Source of the DNA: Octopus sinensis
Taxonomy: Eukaryota
Reading direction: 5' to 3'
Length of the DNA: 64,000 nucleotides
NCBI RefSeq assembly: GCF_006345805.1
Contig: NC_043016.1
Span: forward strand, 24,738,001 to 24,802,000
The position numbers and the translations under genes were made by a program. Below the pieces are notes generated by a model. That model did not search any database. It was given only the letters and a program-made list of their open reading frames with translations, and had not been told where the DNA came from. Positions 52,068-64,000 of the stretch are shown piece after piece (the first letter of the stretch is position 1; the number at the start of each line of letters is the position of its first letter).

Positions 52068-53335
52068 CTAGCTGGTGTACCCGGTAATTCCTGGGGCTAA
52101 AGATGTCCTATTGAAACGCCTTATTACTCTGATATAAGAAACCAATTTCATTATAACTGCCACAAAAGGTGTATTTTCCATCGCGAAAAAGTACAAAAAA
52201 CTGTCGGCTAGAGGAGGGAGAGATTGTTGGAGGTTGGTGACAGTGGTTATATAAATATATGAATGAAATGTGAAGAAAGTACAATAATAATGTTCACACT
52301 CACTGATGGTCACTCTCAGTAACTGCCTTTAGCTTACAGAGTTCTTGCTTTTATGACTGTTGAAAATCAGCCAGAAGGATAGACATATTGTTGAGAACAA
52401 ATGATTTCGTTGGAGGTCTCCATTCCAGCCCCTGGTATCCTAGAAAAGGTTAGAAGGGTCAAGCAGCATAGACATTATTTTGCTTAGTGCAGGCATCTAG
52501 GAAATGTATAACTGTTGTCATTCACAGGAAAACTACTGTTTTACCGTAAGAAAAGCACTGTTGAAGTGTTAAGTGAAATTTGTCAATTGAGGATCGAATC
52601 CACACTATACCTGCATGAAGCCACTACAAATACTTGTGGAATAAAAAATTTATTCACTGTCATGGAAAAAGTGGAATGGTAAAAATGCAGAATTATTGGA
52701 GTAATGGGCATTGAAAAAAGGTAAGTGCAATAATAATGTTTAACAGTTCAAAACTGTGAGTAGTGAAATGCAGAATTAGGTCGGCTGATCATGAGAATCA
52801 AATATTGACCGCTTCACTAAAAACTGCAGGTGGTCTGAGTTATTTCCCATGGGTTGTTTAATAAAATATTAGTAATATGTAGTAGATAGAAGGATCCATT
52901 GGAGGAGCCCTATTATTGATTTTTTTTCAACAATCTAAGTATGTCATGAGGTTTCCAGACATGAGTTATACTCACATGTCAAAGTGATATTGTCTGCAAA
53001 AATTAGAAATTTGACACACAAAAAATCAATATTCAAAGTAATTGAACATAAACAATGAAACAGATTATTTCCCTTTAGTGTTTAAAAAAATAGTGTAGAT
53101 GCTATGGGTTATTTCCCTTGGGTGTTTTAAACAATACGAGGTAGATATAAAGGTCCCTTCCAGGGGCTGTATTATCAATTTTTTCAAAAATCTAAGTATG
53201 TTATGAGGTTTCCAGACAAGACTTCCATGTCAAGTTTCATCAAAATCAATAAAACGATGTAGGAGAAGTTAGCTAACAACGCCACAAACAAACACACACC
53301 GATTTTCCACACACACACACATATATACATATCAG
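52068..53335 (-). mobile_element. Non-autonomous Helitron-like element
   Basis: The minus-strand 3' end has the hairpin cccaggaattaccggg, then CTAG followed by T. The other end has (GT)n/(TTTG)n and caagtttcatcaaaatc. There is an internal duplication tctaagtatgt(c/t)atgaggtttccagaca (about 52935, 53192). The 5' boundary is approximate. Confidence 0.65.
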
Positions 53336-53783
53336 TATTGGTTTAAGTGTCTGTAAACTTAGAGGTTCAACAAAAGAAATCAATAGAATAAGTGTGGACA
53401 CTTCATAAAGTGGAATTAATTGTATTCCACCCGATGAAGTGCCCACACATGGTTGTTGCTTCAAAATATTCAACTATATAATAATTATAAAGAATGATCT
53501 TCTATAATGGTAAATGGATATAAATTCAGCAACTTCAGGTTGGTGTGTGGCACAAACACAAATGTTGTGGTCTACTATTAAAGACTGATATCTTCCATTC
53601 TTGTGTTATATCATTCTTGTATTGATCTTATGCAAAGAGGAGATCTGCATGTATATCCAGCTCTGGAATATACCCTACTGTAGGATAATATTTGGTAGCG
53701 AAATAACAGCATAAAAGCTCTTATACACATGTTAAGAGATTTTTACCCAAATTATACTAAATAGGTGTAACACTCATACACAT

Positions 53784-54356
<573 letters not shown>

Positions 54357-54777
54357 CACTAGACATACATATGTAGGATCTTGCAGGCATGAAGTGGATT
54401 CAATCCACCTTAGCTGAATTTAAATTAACACTTCAACAGCACTTTTCTCACAGTGGAAAAATGATTTTTCTCTGACAGCAGTTTTACATTTCCCAGATTG
54501 CCTTTAGCTAGGCCGAAATAATGTCTTCACCACTTGATCCTTATAACCTCTCTTACTTCACTAAAAGCTAAAATAGAGATATCACAGTACTGCCAACGAA
54601 GCCCATTGTTCTCAACGATATGTCCATCTTTCTGGATAGTAATAAAAACAAGAACCTGCAAGCAAAAGACAGTTAGTCACTTCAGTGACAACTCAGAGAA
54701 AAACCATTGTTCCACCATGAGAAAAGTTCTTAAATTTGGCTAAGGTGGATCAAATCCACTTCATGCCTTCAAGATCC

Positions 54778-54803
54778 TACACATACATACATACATACAT
54801 ACA

Positions 54804-54836
<33 letters not shown>

Positions 54837-55456
54837 GCATACATACATACATACATACATACATGCATGCATGCATGCATACATACATACATACATACAT
54901 ACATACACACACACATACATACATACATACATACCCACCTACCTACATACATACATACATACATACATACATACATACATACATACATACATACCCACCT
55001 ACCTACATACATACATGCATACATCATACATATATATATACATACATACATGCATGCATATATACATACATACATACATACATACATGCATACACACACA
55101 TACATACATACATACAAACATACATAGATACATGCATGCATACATACACACACACACACACATACATACATACATTATGGCTGCCCCCTCGTTATCGAGT
55201 ATGGCCATTGTACAAAGCTTAACTGTTACTGGTGCTGTGATCGAATGTGACTTTTTAGCCCACCTAAAGATCTACAATGCTTGTACATACATACATACAT
55301 ACATACATACATACATGCATACATACACACACACACACACACATACATACATACACACATACACACACACACACATACATACATACATACATACATACAT
55401 ACATACATACATACATACATACATACATACATACATACATACATACATACATACAT
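54778..55456. repeat. (TACA)n / (CA)n compound array interrupted by an RTE 3' end
   Basis: Read directly from the sequence. Confidence 0.95.
55177..55282 (-). mobile_element. RTE-type LINE extreme 3' end embedded in a (TACA)n array
   Basis: The minus strand reads KHCRSLGGLKSHIRSQHQ* (C-terminal zinc-finger-like end), then gccatactcgataacgagggggcagccat, then (ATGT)n. Confidence 0.55.
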
Positions 55457-55770
55457 AAAACAGTGGCCCAGCCAATTGATAATACTCAGCCTCACACCAT
55501 TAATGATAAGACTGAGAACTTCCCATACTGGCAATGCCCAGAAAAATTTGCAGAGAACATAGAGCCATGAGCAAACAAAACAAGACAAAACAATATAGAG
55601 TGGACACATGAAAGTGAATAAATGTGATTTAGAATGATGGACAAAGATGAAATAAATAAGAAACAAGCAAAATACAGTCTTAGGACCTAAAAGACAAGAA
55701 TGGTGGATAATGCTTAGAAAACACCCCTAAGGATTGAAAGCAGTGAGACAGAGAATTTACAACTGATCAG

Positions 55771-55808
<38 letters not shown>

Positions 55809-55877
55809 CTTTTATGATAAAAGGCAGATTTTCTCTGCCTGTTCCCATGTTCCTTTTTAATACAATTCTACAATATA

Positions 55878-56283
55878 GAATTTCTTCAATTGGAATTTAC
55901 TTACGATTTTTACAAGTAGATTCGATTGGGTCATGGCATATAAAGTTTTTCCAATTTGACCCCCAATTAAGCAAAAATTCGAGAAAAGTAAATATTTTAC
56001 GATTTGCCTCTCTAATTTCAACTGCTTCACTTCTGCTATTACCATAATTTCTCCTACTTTCTCTTTGCAAGTGTACCTTAAACCACTACTCAAAAAAAAT
56101 ACAGAGCAAACAGAAACAGATAAATACATAACGATTTACTCCTCACACAATTTCTTCAATTGGAGTTTACCTATGATTTTTCCAAGTACATTCTATTCGG
56201 TCATGGCATATAAATTTCTTTCAATTTCACCCCCAATTAAACAAAAATTCGAGAAATATCAATATTTTACGATTTCCCTCTCT
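55878..56283. repeat. Diverged direct duplication of a ~135-bp unit (period about 270 bp)
   Basis: aatttcttcaattgga...ggtcatggcatataaa...cccccaattaa...aaaaattcgagaaa...atattttacgattt occurs at about 55878 and 56150. Confidence 0.8.
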
Positions 56284-56533
56284 CACTTCAAAGGCTTTAC
56301 TCCACCTATTACCACACTTTCTTCCACTTTCTCTTTACACACATAGACACGCAAACATACATATATGACAGTGTCAATTGTTGAAAGAAAATTGTAAGCT
56401 AAGGTGTGTGTGTGTAGGAAGTGAAGGATAAAAATATGGCAAGAAGTGGACAGATGTACATATATACATACATACATCCATACATACACGTGTGTGTGTG
56501 TGTGTATGTATGTGTATTAATGTGTGTGTGTTA

Positions 56534-56922
56534 TCTCTCTATATATCAAGCTGAAGTTGTCTGTGTGCACCAGGTTTGGTAGCCTTCAACTAACACTATC
56601 TCCTCCGAGACCCTGCGGCGCAAGTTGACCAAAATTGAGAGTATGATAGAAGGGTTGCTCTTCCTTCCATAGAAGATAAAATTCAAATCGGACCATGTTA
56701 ACACCAAAAATTATTTACATCAAAAAGGTGCTTTTTTCTATGAAAATCCCTATTTTTTACGATTTTTTCACTGCTGTGTCGCCACTTTTCGGTGTATTTC
56801 AACCAGAAAAATGTTCGCTTGGAAGAGAATAACAAGCTACATAATGCAAAATTTTTACTTTTCAAAAATTCCAATTCCAGCGGGTCGAAACAAACCCGAG
56901 CAACACCAGGCGATACTGCTAG
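56534..56922 (+). mobile_element. Non-autonomous Helitron
   Basis: It starts A|TC, ends CTAG|T, has a subterminal imperfect hairpin acccgagcaacaccagg, and has no TSD. Confidence 0.8.
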
Positions 56923-57278
56923 TATATATATAAGCATATATATATTAATCATTCTCAAGATAATATTAGAAAAACTTTTAAACAATGAAGGTTTGATTCA
57001 TATCCTGAAGTATACCTCTAGAGACATGTTTAAACAAATGTAAAAAAATGTCCCTTGTTACATAATGCTTCAATATTATCAGCTGAAATTTGAAAAGAAA
57101 CACTTAGATATAACAGTTGGGAGACAGGCAGTAATCAAAGCAAATCAATACGTCAGCAAGTATAAATGTGTTTAAGTTAGAAAGCCAAAGTAAAAAAAAA
57201 AGTAAAAATGAGAAAATCAATGAAAAAATTGTGAACTGAAACGGGTGTGTTTATATATATATTTATATATATATGAAT

Positions 57279-57330
<52 letters not shown>

Positions 57331-57882
57331 ATGTTTCTCTCTCTCTCTCTCTCTCCGTATATATATGTATGTATATTAATAAATACACATACACACAGCA
57401 TTTTGAAATTTTAAATTAGGCCAACATTAAAAAAACTTTGCTAGCATTTACACTTTCGAATGTATAGTGCTTATGACATTACCGAGCTAGCTATTTCAGA
57501 TATTGATGTTCTCACTGTTAACTGAAAGGACTGCCACATACACAGCTTCATATGTATGTACATATCTCTTTTACTTTTACATGTCTCAGTTATTTGGCTG
57601 CAGCTTTGAAAGGTTTTACTGAACTAATCAACCCCAGGACTTATTTTTTTAAAGTCCAGTACTGCTATCATACTCTTTTGATGAACCACTAAGTTATAGG
57701 AACATAAACACACTAACAGCAGTTGTCAAGTGGTGGTGGTGGTGGGGCAAACACAGACATGAGGATACACATACATAAATTTATACATATACACACATAT
57801 ACATTATATATATATATATATATACCATCATCATCATCATCATTATCATCATTTAACATCTATATATATAAATATATATACA

Positions 57883-57933
<51 letters not shown>

Positions 57934-57979
57934 GTATATACACACATATATATATTAATACATATAAATATATTCTTTT

Positions 57980-58360
57980 ATTTGTTTCAGTCATTTGATT
58001 GCAGCCATGCTGGAGCACTGCCTTTAGTCATACATATCGACCCCAGGACTTATTCTTTGTAAGCCTAGTAACTATTCTATTGCTCTCTTTTACCAAACTG
58101 CTAAGTTACAGGGAAGTAAACACACCAACATCAGTTGTCAGGCGACTGTGGGGGGGACAAGCACAAACAAGCAAATACACACATACATATATATATACAA
58201 CGGGCTTCTTTCAGTTTCCCTCTACCAAATCCACTCACAAGGCTTTGGTCAGCCTGAGACCATAGTAGAAGACACTTACCCAGGGTACCACACAGTGGGA
58301 CTGAACCTGGAACCATGTGGTTGGGAAGCAAGCTTCTTACCACACAGGCACTCCTATATA
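57980..58360 (-). mobile_element. SINE family B, near full length
   Basis: Colinear with 47596-48053. Confidence 0.85.
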
Positions 58361-58402
58361 TATATATATATATAATATATATATATAATATATATATATA
58401 CA

Positions 58403-58516
<114 letters not shown>

Positions 58517-59363
58517 CATACAACAGGCTTCTTTCAGTTTCCATCTACCAAATCCACTCACAAAGTTTTGGTCAGCCTGAGACTATAGTAGAAGACACTT
58601 TCCCAAAGTGTCATGCAGTGGGACTGAATCCAGAACCATGTGGTTGGGAAACAAGCTTCTTACCACATAGCCATGACTGCACCTATGTGTATGGTTTTTA
58701 AAAGAAACATGGAAAGACAAGCTTGGCTATTTGGTTAAGATGGTTGCATTTCAAATAGATGGTGTCAGGTTCAGTCTCACTCTGTGGCATATGAGGCATT
58801 TATCATGTCTTTGAATTTCTGTGAGCCTTGTAGATAGTGACATTGGTTGTTGTTGGTCACTCTGTGCAGCAGCTAATTTATCTACATCTTTGGACACCAG
58901 CCTGCCCTGAGTTTTATGATTCAAATTCCTGGCTTTAAGATCATCTAAATGTAAACTATCAAAATTCTCTGTTAATTCATGTTCCCAACACTAGCCTAAT
59001 GTTATTTTATTAAAGTTTTTACTGAAACTAAGGCATTGCATTTCAACAGAAATATAATAACAAAAAGGTTTATGTAATCTAAATTAAAGCCTACCATCAA
59101 AATTCCATGTTATGTTATATTCCAAACACCAGGTAAATAATGACAAAGTTGTTTTACTAATTTCTTCATTATTTTCATAATTAACTAAAACAAATTATGC
59201 TATTTCAGCAGAAATATAGTAACAAAAGAGTTAAAGTGATCAAAATTAAAACCTCCCACTTTCCATGTTGGCATGTATTAGAGTGTTCAACAGAATCCAG
59301 TTGGCCAAAGGACCATGTTTTAGCATGATTTCTATGACTGGACACTGCTCTTAATGCCAATGT

Positions 59364-59745
59364 GGAGGCACAATGGTCCAGTGATTAGGGCAGTGGAGTT
59401 GCAGTCGTATGATCACAGTTTCGATTCCCAGATCGGGCGTTGTGAGTGTTTAATGAGCGAAAACAGCTAAAGTTCCACAAGGCTCCAGCAGGGGATGGTA
59501 GCGAACCCTGCTGTACTCTTTCACCACAACTTTCTCTCATTCTTTCTTCCTGTTTCTGTTGTACCTGTATTTCAAAGGTCCAGCCTTGTCACACTCAGTA
59601 TCACACTGAATCTCCCCAAGAACTACGTTAAGGGTACATGTGTCTGTGGAGTGCTCAGCCACTTGCACGTTAATTTCACGAGCAGGCTGTTCTGTTAATC
59701 GGATCAACTGGAACCCTCGTCGTCGTAATTGACAGAGTACCAACA
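59364..59745 (+). mobile_element. tRNA-derived SINE with the same head as 8553-8850 but a different 3' module
   Basis: tggtccagtgattagggc and gtttcgattccc boxes. The 3' module ccagccttgtcacac...ttaagggtacatgt also occurs at about 13070-13200. Confidence 0.75.
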
Positions 59746-60589
59746 AATGCCAACCCATTTACAGAGTGTACATGGTGCTTTTCTTTTGTAGCACAAGTGC
59801 TACTAGTGAGGTAAACATGTAAATTGCATGACTAAAGATGCCCCTTGACAGACTGGAAGTATAGTAGAGAAGACGGTGGTTTTATGCTTGATGTTGATAG
59901 AAGGGACAGGAACAGGTTTGTTGGTGAAGAGGAGATATGTGGCTAATCCACATTAAATAAAAGCGTATATGAGAGTGATTAGAATGGAGCAGGAAAGACA
60001 GATAAAGAAGGTAATAAAAACAAGGGGCCAGAGTGAACACTCAATGTTTAAAAGAGTAAAGAGAAGAGAGTGTAGGAAAAGATTAGAAAGTGTGGGTGGA
60101 TGATCGCTGTAAGAGTGTGAAGGGGAGACAGAAAGTGGAGGTAATTAGGGGTACACTGGTGTGAATGTAATGAGTGATAAACAAAAATAGGGTGTGGTTG
60201 ATAGTAGATAAGAATTGGTGTTAAGAATAAGGTATGGGTGTCAATAGAAAGTAACTGAAGGGAGAGAAAGTGATGACTGTCAGCACAGAAAGAGTAGTCT
60301 GTGGAAAATATGAGTGGAGTGGGAGAGATGATGTTAAGAATGAGGGAAGGATGTCAAAAGGAAGTGGTTCAGGAAAGAATCGAAATATAACTAACAGTAC
60401 TAAAAAGGAATGATGAAAAATCTAATTCTGCTTTCATTTAATCACAGCAGCAGATTAATGCAATACTTAGAAGAATGATGAAGGGATGAGTGGGTGAGTA
60501 AAGCTTGAGATGAACATATTAAAGGTACTTGCATTATGCTTCCAGAGCTTCACTGTCTCCTTGATGGGCAAGTTTCTATGAGTACTGCC

Positions 60590-61100
60590 TATTACAAATT
60601 AAACTCAATATTTTTTCATCTCCTCCATGAAGCCCACCAGTTTGAGATCGACCTTCACTACTTTGTCCAATGTCTTCCTGGGTTTTCCTTTTCTGCAGGT
60701 TCCATTCACTGTAGTGAATGGCATTCCTTTATACAGCCATCTTCATCCATATGCATTACATACCCTTACTAGTTTAGTCTTCTCTTTGATAGTGTATCTG
60801 ATTCCTCTTCTGCCCAGTTTTCTTTCAAAATATTTGTACTTTATTGTTCATATACATTGACATTGCACATCCAGCAGAGCATTTTTGCTTTATCTCTTTC
60901 CAGTCTTTGATAGTCTTCTACACCTCTGCAATCAGTGTCCCCATCACACTACCATGTAGTATTGTAATCTATCCACAAGCATTGCAGACTTCCTCTTATT
61001 CTGTGAGAGAAACTTATGTTATAAGAGAAGTAAACACTCTCCGAACTTTCTCAACCTGTTCTTACACTGGCTACTATACTTTCAGAACAGCTAATTAGGT
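60590..61100 (-). mobile_element. Decayed RTE LINE 3' fragment
   Basis: The minus strand reads TVNGTCRKGKPRKTLDKVVKVDLKL, homologous to the C-terminus of the 24566 copy. Confidence 0.7.
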
Positions 61101-61792
61101 TACCAAGGTAACTGAGGTTGTCTATTACCTGTGTGTGTAGGTGTGTGTGTGTATCTGGAAAGAGAGAGAGAGGAAAGGAAAAATGAGCCTATAGTTTTAC
61201 AACATTATTAATCAGAGTTCTTCATATTACTGAACAATCAACAAATGACACAAGAGAAAGAGAGAGAGAGAGTGTGTGTGTGTTTGTGTAAAGTTGTGTG
61301 TGAATGACTGCAATATATACTAGTCATAACATAAAGTTATATCCCACTATTATTTGTCTATTTTTTTGTCTCTCAATCAGTATATCTGTGGTTCTTAACC
61401 TGGGTACTAGAGGCCCCTTTATAGCATTATCAGTTTACAAGGGAGCAGCAAAATGTGAAGGGGATACTATAAGTGGCAGTGGATGTTTAAAATGTCTTGA
61501 TTTTTTTGTTGTTGAAATATTATACTTAATCTTTTGTTTCCAATTCTTTGTTTCAAATATGCCACCTTTGTTTCAATTAATTTTGGAAGTAATGAATGAT
61601 TTTGTAAAATAACTTTGTCATTATAAAGTTGGTATTTAGAAAATAAATTAACATGGAATTTTGATGAAACATTTTAGTTTAGATCACTTAAATGCTTTTG
61701 TTACCATATTTCTCTTGAAATAAAACTGACTTTGTTTCGATTAACTATTGAAAATTATGAAACATTTAAGAAATTAACTTCGTCAATATTAA

Positions 61793-62014
61793 CCATTTAG
61801 CATTCAGATTACACTCAAATGTAACTAACACTTATTTATTCAAATTGTTTTGAATTAATCATGCACTATCTCATAGCCTTGAGATTTCAATGATGTGATT
61901 GTTTAGTTTTTGAATGACATTGTAGGGTAGGTGTAAAAGGCTGGATACGGCCAATTCGACCATAAAACATGTATGATATTTGGGCCTGATATGGCCAGTT
62001 TAAATGCTAAAGGG
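61793..62014. mobile_element. piggyBac-like MITE
   Basis: TTAA on both sides (61789-61792, 62015-62018) and TIRs cc(a/c)tttagcatt. It is nested in another repeat. A decayed copy lies at 23022-23237 and a fragment at about 2680-2760. Confidence 0.8.
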
Positions 62015-64000
62015 TTAAACTGGTATTTGGAACATGAATTAACATGGAATTTGGATCACTTTAAACAGGAAACTGGTATTGTAAACAAGAGTAGTCTTGT
62101 GTGTGTTGACATCAAAGGGGGAAGTCAATTACTATACCTATATCTTAAATATTAAAAAAATATGTTTGTTAGGATTAAAATGACATTACGTAATCAGTGA
62201 AGAGAATTATAGCTATTATCATCATCATCATCATCATCATAATTTTCATCATCGTCATTTTCATCACCATCATTATCATCATCATCATAATCACCTCCAA
62301 CATCATCATCATTGTTTTAATGTTTACTTTGTGGAGACAGATTTTTTTGTCTGGATACCCTTCTTGCTGCCAATCCTCACCTGTTTCCAAGTAAGTCAAC
62401 AGATATACGAGGGCATTGAGAGTGATAGCAGATAAGTGAGGTGTTAAGAACACAGGAGAGAGAAGGCACAGAAAGGAGGTGATTGACAATGGAATGAAGG
62501 TGGTTCGAGGTGGGGAAATGAAGGTAACTAAGAAAGCAGGGGGATGTAGTAGTTGCCTAATCTGTTTTCAGGTGATAGAGAAGTGAAGAGTATAAGGGGA
62601 TGAAATGAGGAGAGAAATGGTTGACGGGGTGGGGGCAGACAAGATGCAGTTGGGTGTGGGGAACAGACACTCACAGACAAGCATTATACACACACACACA
62701 CATACACACACACAGTGGGCTTCTTTCAGTTTCCATCAAGCAAGTCAACTTACTTTAGTCAGATCACAGTTATAGCAGAAGACACTTACCCAAGGTGCTC
62801 AGTTCATATCTGAACTGAGCTATAATCAGCACTGAATATTAAGTAGAACCCTGAATATTAAGTAGTCATAGCTTCCTTATAGAAAATAAGTTGTAAATAT
62901 CTGTTGACTGTGTGCAAACAGCTGCTACACTGGCGAAAATAAATTTAAGACTGATGATAAAAGTTCTATTTCTTACAAAATATTTTGTTACTAACACCAT
63001 ACAAATTATTTATATCTTTTACATCTTATGCAGAATTTATTTCTCTTTCAAATGATGTAGACAATAACTATTTTTGTACAACTTGAAGAATTCTAATGCT
63101 AAATTAATATAAACATGTCCAATTTACTGGCAAAATTAGTTTAAGTTCATGCTAAAAAACCATCTAATCTAAAACAATTATTCGATTATATCAATGAAAT
63201 ATGGCAAAACATTCCCATAGAATTTTATAATCACTTAGCGAATTCAATGCTGAGGTGTTGTTCAGCCGTTATTAAGAATAAAGGCTACATGGGAAAATAT
63301 TACCTCTCTTGCCAGTGACACATAAAAGGCACCAGTGCCAGTGACATAAAAGGCACTCATGACAGTGACACATAAAATACACCTGTGTCAGAGATATGTA
63401 AAAGACACCCAATACACTTTATGGAGTTGTTGGCATTAGGAAGGGCATCCAACCATAGAAATCTAGTCAAAACAGACTGGAGTCTGGGGAAGCTTTCTGG
63501 TTTACCAGCTCCAGTCAAACCATCTAACCCATTCCGGCATGGAAAATTGACCATAAATGATGATGATGATGATGATGATGAGGATGATGTGAAAACAGGT
63601 GAGTGTTGGCAACAGGTACCCAACCATAGAAAATCTGCCTCAACAAATTCCTCCTGACTCAGGCAAGCTTGGTAGAGTGGATGTTAAATGACGATGATAT
63701 TGCTGATTTGCTTTTTACTAGTCATTTCATTGAATATCTTCATTGAATGCTTAATTAATTATCTAAAAATTTTCCCATTTAGGTGCAGGTGTGACTGTGT
63801 GGTAAGAAGTTTGCTCCCCAACCACATGGTTCTGTGTTCAGTCCCAAAGCATGGTACCTTGGACAAGAATCTTCTACTTTAGCCTTGGGCTGACCAAAGT
63901 CTTGAGAGTGGATTTGGTAGACGAAAACTGAAAGAAGCCCATCATATATATACCACTTGTTGAGGTTGCTGCTGCTATTATTACCCCACGCACATGTCCA

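Overview
This is AT-rich, repeat-dense eukaryotic genomic DNA. The SINE, RTE and MITE families and the abundant (AT)n, (CA)n and (TACA)n arrays look like an Octopus (coleoid cephalopod) genome; that assignment rests on recalled repeat families and was not checked against a database. There is no long intact ORF, and most entries in the ORF track are microsatellite or decayed-transposon artefacts. The window has two parts. (1) About 1-39.5 kb looks like the 5' part of an intron-rich minus-strand gene. Four exons with strong splice sites can be joined: a non-coding exon ending at 39430, then 37686-37857, 36538-36567 and 33401-33442. They read MFKFLICVTDNMGAVYRPCEITMENKELEER, which I do not recognise. 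Further exon candidates follow, including a 12-nt microexon at 4573-4584 with an upstream UGC motif. A CpG-retaining zone and a degenerate array of about 13 copies of a ~30-bp motif (39.9-41.2 kb) lie at the putative promoter. (2) About 42-64 kb is a transposon graveyard. It holds a deleted Gypsy LTR retrotransposon, Helitron pieces, RTE LINE pieces, piggyBac-like MITEs, many SINEs, very long tetranucleotide arrays, and a Penelope-like element. The Penelope-like element keeps a GIY-YIG endonuclease remnant and a recognisable minimal hammerhead ribozyme (51409-51453). No CRISPR array, rRNA or genuine tRNA gene was seen.
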